64,000 bases of DNA from contig CAWDGJ010000002.1 in the NCBI GenBank assembly GCA_963801815.1, forward strand, positions 352,001 to 416,000. The letters run 5' to 3'. Below, in pieces: positions 38,997-50,358 of this stretch (positions are counted from its first letter, which is position 1; each line of letters begins with the position of its first letter). A model generated the notes under the pieces. The model saw only the letters and a list, made by a program, of their open reading frames with translations. It was not told the origin of the DNA and did no database searches. This stretch comes from an uncultured Verrucomicrobiae bacterium. GTDB lineage: Bacteria; Verrucomicrobiota; Verrucomicrobiia; Chthoniobacterales; UBA10450. The translations under genes were made by a program, and so were the position numbers.

Positions 38997-39609
38997 ATGA
39001 ACGTCACTAGTATGAAAGCTCAGCCAACCAAATACGGTGTAAAAGAGATCGGAAAGCTTTTCCCCAGCCTCCTGAAGATCAAGCAGAGGTCGTTGCGCGA
39101 AAAAGTGGCGGCGGTGTGGAATGAAGCGATCACCACCGGTTGCGGCGGAAAAGGCTGGACCTTCGCCGAATTGCGCGCGGTAAAGTTCACGCTCCTGGCC
39201 GGCGACATCGACATGAAATTCGTCGAGCATCTCAATTCCTGCGCCCGTCAGTGCATCGCCATCGCGGATGTTCTGAAGAGATCGTTCCGGTGCAGCATTC
39301 CAATCAATCGCGATTACCTCATCGCCGGTTCGCTTTTGGCCGACGTCGGCAAGCCGCTCGAGTACGACAAGGACGCTGTCCGGCAAAGTGGTCCAGGGAA
39401 AATTCGGTCAGCAGCTTCGACATCCGTTCAGCGGTGTCGCGCTCGCCTACAAACACGGCATTCCCGCGGAGGTGATGCACATGATCGCGACCCACAGTCA
39501 CGAAGGCGACAAGGTCGAGCGCTCAATCGAGTCGATCATTTTCCATCACGCCGATTTCGTCGACTTCGACATCGCCAAGCTTCTTGGCAAGCGGGCGGGA
39601 AAAAAATGA
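38997..39609 (+). CDS. HD-domain (HDIG-like) metalloprotein; apparent +1 frameshift near 39378
   Basis: FVEH, LLADVGK, RHPFSG, IATHSHEG, HHADF across two frames. Confidence 0.8.
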
Positions 39610-39727
39610 TTGTTCCCGCTAAACACGCGAATTGACGCGAATTTTTTCGTTAATCTATTATTTCTTGATCTTCCTCTTGGCGTGATTCGCGTCATTCGCG
39701 GGTAAGCTTACTGGAAGGCAAACTGAT

Positions 39728-41707
39728 ATGGGATTGACGCTTGTTGAAAAAATTGCCGCACGCCACGCGGATGGATTCCAAACCGGCAGCAGTCGTTCGC
39801 AGCCGGGGATTTCATTTCAATCCGGCCGCGCCATGTGATGACGCATGACAACACCGGCGCGGTGATTCCAAAGTTCAAGCAGATCGGCGCGACGAAGATT
39901 GCCGATCCGGCGCAACCGGTGTTCGCGATCGACCACGACATTCAAAACACCACGCCGAAGAATTTGGAGAAGTACGCCAAGATCGAAGCGTTCGCGGGCG
40001 AGCACGGGATCGATTTTTATCCGGCCGGCACCGGAATTTCGCACCAGGTGATGGTCGAACAGGGTTACGTCGTCCCCGGCGCGCTCGTGGTCGCGAGCGA
40101 TTCGCATTCTAATTTATATGGCGCAATGGCCGCGCTCGGCACGCCGGTCGTGCGGACCGATGCGGCGAGCATTTGGGCGACCGGAGTCACGTGGTGGCAA
40201 GTTCCGAAAGTCGCGAAAGGTCATGCTCAAAGGAAAACTTTCACCCGGCGTTACCGGCAAGGACGTGATCATCGCGTTGTGCGGGCTGTTCAATAAAGAC
40301 GAAGTGCTCAATCACGCGGTCGAATTCGTGGGCGATGGCGTGCCGGCGCTTTCAATGTCGGAACGGATGACGATCGCGAACATGACGACGGAATGGGGTG
40401 CATTCGCCGGCGTATTTCCGTTCGATGAGGTAACCGTCAACTATCTCCGATCGCGCGTTCCCGAATTCACAAACCCGAATCGCCCGGGAAAGCGCGGAGC
40501 GAAAAGTCGATCCGGTTACAACAACATCGACATCGACAATTGGTGGAAGAATCGAAGCGAAGTCAGCGCCGACCCGGATGCTGAGTACGCGATCGAGCTC
40601 GAGCTTGATCTAGCGAGCGTCGTGCCGCACGTCTCCGGGCCTAACGAAGTGAAAACGATGGTGTCGCTTCCAGAGATGGAACGAAAACGCGTAGCGATCC
40701 AGAAGGCGTATCTGCTGTCGTGTGTCAATGCACGCTTCGAAGATTTGCACGACGCGGCTGAGGTAATTCGCTCGCGGGGCGGGCATGTGGCCAATGGCGT
40801 GGAATTCTATCTCGCGCCAGCCAGCGCCGAAGTGCAGGCAAAATCAGAAACGACCGGTGATTGGAAAACGCTGATTGACGCCGGCGCGATTACGTTGCCG
40901 CCAGGCTGCGGAGCGTGCATCGGACTCGGAAAGGGTTTGGTCCAAAAAGGTGAAACCGCGATCAGCGCGACCAATCGCAATTTCAAAGGCCGAATGGGCG
41001 ACCGCGACGCGCTGGTCTATTTAGGATCGCCCGCCGTCGTGGCGGCAAGCGCGCTGGCTGGATTCATTTGCGCGCCGCAGACATTTTCAGACCGGCCGGC
41101 CGGCATTGCCGTTCGACGCGCGGAGAAAAAAGCGAAACCCGCCGGCTCCGTTGAAATCATGAAGGGTTTCCCGCCACAGGTTCGCGGCCGCGTTCTTTTC
41201 ATCGACAAAGACAATCTGAACACGGACGGGATTTACGGCAGCAAACACACCTACCGCGATGACATGACGCCCGATGAAATGGCGGCGGTCACGTTCGAAA
41301 ATTACGATCCGAATTTCAACACCCTTTATCAAAACGGCGACGTCGTCGTTGGCGGATTGAACTTCGGCAGCGGATCGAGTCGCGAACAGGCCGCGACCGC
41401 GTTGAAGTTCAAAGGGATTCCGTGCGTCATCGCGGCCAGTTTTTCGGAGACCTACAAGCGCAACGCGTTCAACAACGGCTTCGTCGTGTTCGAGTGTCCG
41501 GATTTGGTCACGTATCTGCGCGAAAACCTGAAAAATCGCGCGCCGACAACCGTTGGTCCGGAAATCACGATCGATTACGCGACGTCGGTCCTTACACTCG
41601 ATGGGAAATCGTTTGCATTTCCCCCGTTGAGCCCGGCCGCTCAGGAATTGATCGTGGCCGGCGGCGCGGAAAATCTAGTCGCCTCGCGGCTGCGCGCGAA
41701 ATCTTAG
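39728..41707 (+). CDS. Single-chain homoaconitase, fungal Lys4-like; frameshifts near 39765-39805 and 40216
   Basis: [77 protein letters not shown]. Confidence 0.85.
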
Positions 41708-41994
41708 TCTGGGTAGCACACGCGCCCTCGCGTGTCGCATTCGGTGCCTCGCCGAATGCATCCTGTCTGACGCCCGTATCTGCGAAAAGTTCGAGGCGCG
41801 TGTGCTCCCCGGAACCGATCCGTTTCATCCGCGCAATCCACGGCACCAGAATCGTCCGCCAAACACGCGAAACGACGCTAATCGGAGTCTTGAGTCTCTG
41901 ATTTTTCGCGTTCTTCAGCGTATTTAGCGGATCCAATCCCATTCTTCGCGTTCCACCTTGCGAGCGCTCGTGCCGCCGATAAGATCGACATCTT

Positions 41995-43189
41995 ATGGCG
42001 AAATATCGAATTGCTTGGATGCCGGGGGACGGCGTTGGACACGATGTGATGGAGGCCGCGCGCCTCGTGTTGGACCGGATGAAACTCGACGCCGAATACG
42101 TGCCTTGCGACATCGGCTGGGAATTTTGGTGCAAGGAAGGCAATGCGCTGCCTGACCGCACCGTCGAAGCTTTGAAAGGAACCACCTGTGGCCTTTTCGG
42201 CGCGATCACCAGCAAACCGCAATCGGAAGCGAAAGAAGAACTCGCGCCCGAACTTCAAGACAAAGGTCTTGTTTACTTTTCGCCGATCGTCGGGCTGCGG
42301 CAGCTGTTCAATCTCCACACCAACATGCGGCCGTGTAAAAGTTATCCGGGCAATCCGCTCAATTTTCGCGGCAACAAGATCACTAACCCGAGCGGCGAAG
42401 ACGTACCGATCGATCAGGTCGTCTTCCGCGAAAACACCGAAGGCATGTACGGCGGCGTCGAATTCTTTCCGTTGCCCGAGTCGGTTTACGAGGCGCTTTG
42501 CGCGAACCCGAAGATGAAGAAGTGGAAAGACAAGGCCGGTTTCGGAAACATCGCGCTCTCCACGCGGATCATGAGCAGGCAGGGCTGCACGAACATTTGC
42601 AAACAAGCGTTCGAGTTCGCCAAGAAAACCGGGCGCAAACGCGTCACGCTTGATCGAAAAACCGAACGTGCTACGCGAAACCGGCGGGCTAATGATGCGT
42701 TGCTTCAAAGACGTGGCGAAAAATTATCCGGACATCCGCGCCGACGACGCGAACATCGACGCGATCTGCATGTGGATGTTCAAGAACCCGCAGGATTACT
42801 CGGTGCTCGTGGCCGAAAACATGTTCGGCGACATCGTGAGCGATCTTTGCGCAGGCCTGGTCGGCGGACTCGGCTTCGCTCCAAGTGCGAATCTCGGCGA
42901 CAAATACGCAGTGTTCGAACCGACCCACGGTTCCGCGCCAAAATACGCCGGCCAGTACAAGGTGAACCCGATTGCAATGCTGCTAACCACCAAGCTGATG
43001 CTCGATTGGCTCAAAGAAACCGACAAAGCGACGCGTTTGGAATCGGCCATCGCGCGCGTGATCAAGGAAGGCAAAGTCCGCACCTACGACATGGGCGGAA
43101 AGAATTCCACCCTCGAAGTCGCCAAAGCCATTGCCGATTACGCCGCGCTTAACCGAGGATCGAATCGATATGGCAAAACAAGCAACTGA
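41995..43189 (+). CDS. Homoisocitrate/isocitrate/isopropylmalate family decarboxylating dehydrogenase; frameshift near 42650, true end about 43152-43189
   Basis: PGDGVG, FGAITS, YFSPIVGLR, RENTEG, KPNV, NMFGDIVSD, HGSAPKYAG. Confidence 0.87.
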
Positions 43190-44632
43190 ATCGAAGACGT
43201 CTTCTCTCACACGTCATCGCGGAATGGGCGTGCGCGTTGAAATACGAAGATCTTTCGCCGGAAGCGATCCAGGCGGCGAAATTATTTTGGTTCGACTCGA
43301 TCGGCTGCGCGCTCGGCGGCAGCCAGCAGGAAGACGCGAAGATTTTGCTGAAGCATTATCGCGCGATGTCCGCCGCGGCGGACTCGTCCGGTGGCGAGGG
43401 CGGCAAAGGAAGGGCGACCGCGTTCGTCTCCGGTTTCAAAACCAATCCGGTCGATGCGGCGTTTCTCAACGGCCACATGATCCGGGCGATGGATTACAAC
43501 GACATTTATTGGAAAGCCGATCCGTGTCATCCGAGCGATCTCATCGCTGCGCCGCTCGCACTGTGCGAAAGCGAAGGACTGAGCGGCAAGGATCTGATTC
43601 TCGCCACGATCATCGCCTACGAAATCGAAATGCGACTTTGCGAAATCGGACGGCCCGGCGTGCGCGAATACGGCTGGCATCACGCGACGCTGAGCGCGTT
43701 CGCGGCGCCGGTCGCGGCAGGTCGCGTTCTGAATCTCACTGTCGATCAAATGGTTTCGGCGATCGGCATTAGCGCGGCGCGCACATTTTGTCCGGGCGCG
43801 GTAACGGCCGGAAAGCTGACGAACATGAAGAACACGGTCGATCCGTGGGCCGGACGAATGGGCGCGGAAAGCGCGCTGCTCGCGCGCGACGGATTTTCCG
43901 GACCGGAACACATCATCGACGGCAAGGAAGGTCTCTTCGCCGTGTTCAATCACGTGCAATACAAAGGACGAACCGGCGACGTTCGACGGCGAAGGCTTGG
44001 TCAAAGATCTGCCGAACTCGCCGAAATCGCATTACCGGATTCTCGATTGCGGAATGAAAAGTTTCCCGATCGAAGCGCTCAGTCACGCGCCGCTGACCGC
44101 GATGATGAAGACGATCAAGGAAAACAAGATCAAGGCCGACGACGTGAAGGAGATCAAAGTCGAAGTGATCGCGCGCGCGGCCGATATTCTGGGCGATCCG
44201 CACAAGTATCGGCCGGATTCAAAAGAAACCGCCGATCATTCGCTGCCGTATTGCATGGCGGTCGGACTGGTCGATGGAATGGTGACGCCGCTGCAATTCA
44301 AAGAAGAACGCGTGCTCGACAAATCGCTCATTCCGATCATGGACAAAGTGAAAGTGGTCGCGAACGAAGAGTTCGAAGCGCTCTTTCCGAAATTTCAGCC
44401 GAGCCGGGTGACGATCACGACCAACGACGGCAAGCAACATTCAACGCGTGTCGATGTTCCGAAAGGCGATCCGCGCGATCCGATGACCGAAGACGAAATC
44501 GCGGTGAAATTCACCGCGCTCGGCGGCGATGTGATCGGCAAGGATCAGTGCAAGAAATTGCAGCGCTGCATCATGAACATCGACAGCGCGAAGAATTTTA
44601 ACGAGCTGTTCGAACTAGCGACGGCGCGCTGA
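43170..44632 (+). CDS. Second MmgE/PrpD family dehydratase; frameshifts near 43210 and 43968
   Basis: [38 protein letters not shown]. Confidence 0.87.
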
Positions 44633-44782
44633 GTTCGAGGCATCGGGGAGCGCACGCGCCTCGCGTGCTGGCGATGGCGCTTCGCCATCGCGAACTTTGC
44701 GAGTCAGTGCGCAGTGACGACTCGAAGCATTTCGGCGAGGGCGCCGAAATGCGCATCGCGCGGCGCGTGCGCTCGACCCAGA

Positions 44783-46327
44783 CTACACGGTTTCGCTGCC
44801 CGTCGCCGCACCAAACTCGAATTCCCTGCGCGAGCGGAAGCTCGGTCGAGAAATTGATCGTGTTGGTCTGGCGACGCATGTACTTCTTCCAGCAATCGCT
44901 CCCGCTTTCGCGTCCGCCGCCGGTATTTTTTTCGCCGCCGAACGCGCCGCCAATTTCCGCGCCGCTGGTTCCCGTGTTCACGTTCGCGATTCCGCAATCG
45001 CTCCCTACCACGCTCACGAATTTCTCCGCTTCGCGCACGTCGTTCGTGAAAATCGAGCTGGTCAGTCCCTGCGGCACGCCGTTCTGGATCGCGATCGCTT
45101 CGTCGAAATCGCGATACGTCATCAAGTAGAGCAGCGGCCCGAAGGTTTCTTCGTGAACGATCTTGAAATTCGGTTTTGCGTTCGCGAGGCACGGCGTCAT
45201 GTAGCAGCCGCCCGGCATATCCATCGCGTTCCCCGCCGTAAAGAACTTCGCCGCCTTCGTCTTTCAGTTTCTGAATCGAATCCTGCACCATGTCGACAGC
45301 GCCTTTGTCGATCAAAGGTCCCATCAACGTCTTCTCGTCCAGCGGGTTCCCGATTGGCAGCGATTTGTAGGCGCTGAAAGAAGTTTCGTGCGCACTTTGT
45401 CGGCGATCGATTCGTGCATGATCACGCGCCGGGTGGAAGTGCAACGCTGACCGGCCGTTCCGACCGCGCCGAAGAAAATCGATTGCGTCGCCATTTCGAG
45501 GTCGGCAGTCGGGCAACGATGAGCGCATTGTTGCCGCCGAGTTCCATGATCGTTTTGCCCAGCCGACCATGAACTGTCTTTCGCGACGTTCAAACCCATC
45601 GCGACCGAGCCAGTCGCGGAAACCAACGGAACGCTGGGGATCGTTGGACAGTTTTTCGCCAACACTCTTTCGATCGCCCATCAGCAAACTGAAAATCGCC
45701 GGATCGGCCCCGGTATCGCGACAGACGCGCTCGGCAATTTTTGTGACTGCAATCGCGGTCAGCGGAGTTTTTTCGGACGCTTTCCAAATCGTTGCGTCAC
45801 CGCAGACGGCGGCCAGCGCCGCGTTCCACGACCAGACCGCGACTGGAAAATTGAATGCGCTGATCACCGCGACAAGACCGAGCGGATGCCATTGCTCCAT
45901 CAAACGATGACTTGGCCGTTCCGATTGAATGGTCAGGCCGTAGAGCATTCGCGATTGGCCGACGGCAAAATCGCAGATGTCGATCATCTCCTGCACTTCG
46001 CCTTCGCCTTCGGCGAGAATCTTGCCGGTCTCGAGCGTCACGAGTTGACCGAGCTCGTGCTTTAGCTTCGCGAAGCGCGTTGCCAAGACGACGAACGGTA
46101 TCGCCGCGAACGGGCCCCGGAGTGTTGCGCCATTTCTCGAACGCTTCGTGCGCGCGCGCGATCGTCTTCTCGTAATCGTCGTCCGACGCCGTCCGAATAC
46201 TGGCCAGTCTTCTTTCCGTCGATCGGGCGAGATCTTGTCGATCTTCGCTGCCGCCGCCGCGCCATTCGCCGTCGAAAACTCCAGCGTTTTCCTCGGTTAG
46301 ACCAAGTTTTTCGAAGACTGATTTCAT
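44783..46327 (-). CDS. ALDH7-type aminoadipate-semialdehyde (P6C) dehydrogenase; several frameshifts
   Basis: EGEVQEMIDICD, AFNFPVAVW, GTAGQRCT, GAEIGGAFGGEK.TGGGRESGSD, LPLAQGI. Confidence 0.88.
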
Positions 46328-46365
46328 CGTTACGCTTCAACCCTTCAACGCTCCAACGGTTCAAC

Positions 46366-47756
46366 CTATTTCCGCTTCCGGCAATACTGCCGGATCAATC
46401 CCATCGCTTCGTCGACGACTTCGGCGGTGATATCGAGCGCGGGACGAAAACGAATCGAACGCTCGCCGGACCGCAACGTGAGAACCCCGAGATCGTAAAG
46501 CCCTTTCCAAAATTCTTCGCGGGTTCGCCGTCGGGCAGATCGAAGGCGATGAACAATCCCCGACCGCGCACGGCGGTAGATCATTGGTTCGTACTGCTGC
46601 AATTCGCGCAGCTGTTCCAGAAAATGTGCGCCGACTTTGGCCGCGTTCTCGACCAGAAATTCCTCTTCGATGATGTGCATGAAATGGGTCGAACGAACCA
46701 TGTCGGTCAGATTGCCGCCCCAGGTTGAATTCAAACGGCTCGGCAAACGAATCGCGTTGTCTTTCACTTCATCGAGACGCGGCCCGGCCATGATGCCGCA
46801 GACCTGCGCCTTCTTTCCGAACGCCATCAGATCTGGCAACACGTCGAAATGCTGGCAGCACCACGTTTTGCCGGTCGTTCCCAATGCCGGTTTGCACTTC
46901 GTCGAAAATGAGCAGGATGTCGTTCTCGTCACAGATTTCGCGGAGCTTCTTCAACCATTCGCCGCGAAAATGATTGTCGCCGCCTTCGCCCTGGATCGGT
47001 TCGATGATGATGGCGCAGATGTCGATCTTGCGTTTAGCGATCCAACTTTGAATTTCCTGCGCCGCTTTCTTTTCTCGCGAGATCACGTCTTTTTCGCGTT
47101 CCGATTCCGGCAATGAAAAATCGATGTACGGACACGAAACGCGCGGCCAATCGAACTTGGCGAACAAATCCGTCTTGCGCGGATCGGTGTTAGTGAGGCT
47201 CATGGTGTAACCACTGCGTCCATGAAACGCGTGACGAAAATGCAAAATCTGGTGCCGCGCTCGCCATGACCAGCCGCCATGTTCTTGCGCACTTTCCAAT
47301 CCATCGCCGCCTTGAGCGTGTTCTCGACCGCGAGCGCGCCGCCTTCGATGAAGAGGTAGCGATCAAGCGGCGGCAAACCGGCGACGCGCGCAAACGTTTC
47401 GACAAACTTCGGCGTAAGCCTTCGAGTAAACGTCCGAGTTCGCGACTTTTACTTTCGCCGCGCGCAAAAGATCGCGCTGAACGTCCGGCTCATCGAAATA
47501 CGGATGATTAAATCCGATCGGCATCGAGCCGAAGAAACCGTAGAGATCGATCAACCGATGACCGCTCGCGGCGTCGACCAGATAAGAGCCGCGGCTTTTC
47601 TCCAGATCGATGACGATCTTGAAGCCATCGAGCAAAATGTGCTCGTCGAGCACGTTAAGCACGCGCGACGCGTCGACAGATTTTTTATTTTTGCTCTTAC
47701 TCAAACGCGGCCGCGACGCTGCGGGCCGCCTCGGTGAGCATGGGCGGCATACTCAT
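46366..47756 (-). CDS. lat: L-lysine 6-aminotransferase; several frameshifts
   Basis: [62 protein letters not shown]. Confidence 0.88.
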
Positions 47757-47787
47757 CCGTTGATCGTAGTCTGAGCGGAGAATGCGG

Positions 47788-48412
47788 TCAACCTGTCGGA
47801 CGACGCGAGGTTACTTGCGTACTCGAAGATCGCGCTTGTTTTTCGGCGGCCGCTTTTGCCAGGGCTGCCTCGTACTGCCCGAGTTCGGCGTCGTAAGCGA
47901 TATTGCCTTGCACGTCACTGTGAAGAAGATCGCGCTTTTTCAAACGCAGCGCGTCGGCCCACACCTCCAATCGCTCGAATTCGCTGATTATTCGCGGCGC
48001 GACGCTCCGACAAATCTGACTTCGCGATCTTGCTCGACCGCATAATGATTCGGAGGGGCCGCCGGAGCGTTCGCAGATTCTAAAATGTCGCCATCGACGC
48101 AGATTCGGAAAAGCGCCCGGCTGCTACAAAGAAAATAGGCGAGCACGCACGGCAAGGACGGCCAACCGAAAGTAACGCGACGTCGGCGCGACTTCGGGAT
48201 AACTTAAACGAAACAACAGCGGTCCAAACGGCAGAAAAGATGCCCAAGCCCCACCAAACGCTGACGCCAAAAGCGCCGCGCCAGCGAGAAGAATCACGAC
48301 CGATCAGAGCGCACACCGCTCCTATTCCCAGAAAAATCCATCCGGCCACGCGTTGGCTTTGAGCAGGCGGAATGCCAGAAATCTGCAGCGGCGGTCTACG
48401 CCCGCCGACCAT
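47788..48412 (-). CDS. Hypothetical membrane protein, frameshifted
   Basis: Hydrophobic N-terminal fragment (48080-48412) and coiled C-terminal fragment (47788-47970) on the same strand. Confidence 0.45.
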
Positions 48413-48431
48413 ACCAACTGCGTAACCGCCG

Positions 48432-50358
48432 CTACCTGACCATCCCGTCGCGCAGGCTTGAATGCTTCCCGGCCATCAGTTCCTGCGTCAGTTGATAACC
48501 GCGCTTGTCGACGTTCTCCGCGGCGCCGGCAAAATAATGGTCGATCCGGGCCTTGGCCGAATTGCAGAAATAATTGGCGACCGATAAAACTTCGTCCGCC
48601 GATTCGCCATGATCGATTTTGTATTGCGCGAACGAACAGCTCGCGCTCATCGCGAACAGTTCAGTCGCAATGCCAACGAAGCGCGAAAGCAAAAGTTGCT
48701 CGCGATCGAGCTTCGGACCGAACCGCGCCATCGCGTGAAACAATCCTCGCGCCAATTTCTTGCTCGTGCGCGCGGCGTAATCGACGTGCTTTTGCAAATC
48801 GCGATGGAGACCATCGATCTTGCCCGCGCCGGTGGAGAACCATTGTCGCGGATACCAGCCGGCATAAAATTTTCCGGATGTGAAAACGGCCTTGAGCCGT
48901 TCCGACATCGGGAGAGTGGTATTGAAAATCGCGCCACCAACTTTCAAATGCGGATCGAGCGCTTCGCGAGCAATGAACAGCCGCATGATTTCGCTCGAGC
49001 CTTCGAAAATCATATTGATCCGGCAATCGCGCAGGAACCGTTCGACTGGCACGCCTTCTTCGCCGCGGCCTTTCAACGATTGCGCGGTTTCGTAACCGCG
49101 TCCGCCGCGCACCTGCATGGCGTCGTCCGAAATTTTCCAGGTCGTTTCCGTCGACCACATTTTGCACATCGCGGTTTCGATTCGCAGATCGCCGGACTTG
49201 CGATCCACCAAACCCGAAGTGAGAAACGTGATCGCCTCCATCGCGAAAACGTTGCCTGCCATCTCGGCGACCTTTCCCGCGATCGCCGAATGTTTTCCTA
49301 TCGGTCCGCCCCATTGAACTCGTTCGGTCGCCCATTTGCGGCAAATTTCGAGCAACCGCTTTGACAATCCGACGCACGCAGCCGGAATTGTGAGCCGGCC
49401 GGTGTTCAACGTCGTCAGTGCGACTTTCAACCCCTGGCCTTCCTTCGCGATCATGTTTTCGCGAGGCACGCGCACGTTGGTAAATTTGACGATCCCATTG
49501 TAAAGCGCCCGCAATCCCATGAAACGGCAGCGATAAGTGATCTCCAGTCCCGGTGAATCGACATCGACAATGAAAGCGGTGATTTGTTTGCGCTCTCTGC
49601 CGTTAACGATCTTCGGCGCCGTTACGGCCATGACGACGAGGACTCCAGCCTTGATCAGGTTCGTGCACCAAAGTTTTTCGCCGTTCAGGATGAAGGCCGA
49701 GCCGTCTTCGGTCGGGTCCGCCCGCAAACTCATGTTCGCCGGATCCGACCCCGCGTTCCATTCGGTCAACGCAAACGCGGAGATCTCCTTTCGCGCGACC
49801 CGTGGCAGATATTTTTTCTTTTGCTCGTCCGTTCCGAACAACAGTAGCGGCTGCGGAACGCCGATTGATTGGTGCGCGGAAACCAGCGCGGTCAGATTTG
49901 CGTCCCAACTTCCGAGCAACATCGCCGCGCGCCCATAATTTACCTGCGATAAACCGAGCCCTTCGGTACTGCTTCGGGATTTTCACGCCGAACGCGCCCA
50001 TCGCGAAAAGTTCGTCGATGTTCTTTTGCGGAATTTCGCCGGTTCGATCGATCTCGTCGGCATCAACATTTTCGCGCAGGTAATTTTCCAGACTCGCCAG
50101 AAAATCTTTCCCGGCCGCGCGGTCCTCCGCGCTCTGCTCCGGCCACGGATAAATTCGATTGAAATCGTAGCGGCCGATAAAAAGGTTGCTCGCGAAACTG
50201 CCGCGTTCATCCAGCGGATCGCGAGATGCTTCGGCCAGTTCGAGTGCCTCCCGCTTGCCCTTCGACATTTTGGAAGTGTCGATGACTGAAACGGGCGCGG
50301 CCTTGGCGCTGGTTTCCTCGCGAACCTGTTTGTCAGGAGCTTCCAGTGACGATTTCAT
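48432..50358 (-). CDS. Acyl-CoA dehydrogenase (ACAD9/VLCAD-like); frameshift near 49962
   Basis: SAHQSIG, AFALTE..AGSD, GEKLWCTN, GGRGYE, IFEGSSEI. Confidence 0.9.

Noticed and set aside
39728..43189. Leucine biosynthesis leuCD/leuB
   Set aside because: Motifs fit Lys4/Lys12-type enzymes better, the coenzyme motif is KY rather than DI, and no leuA is present
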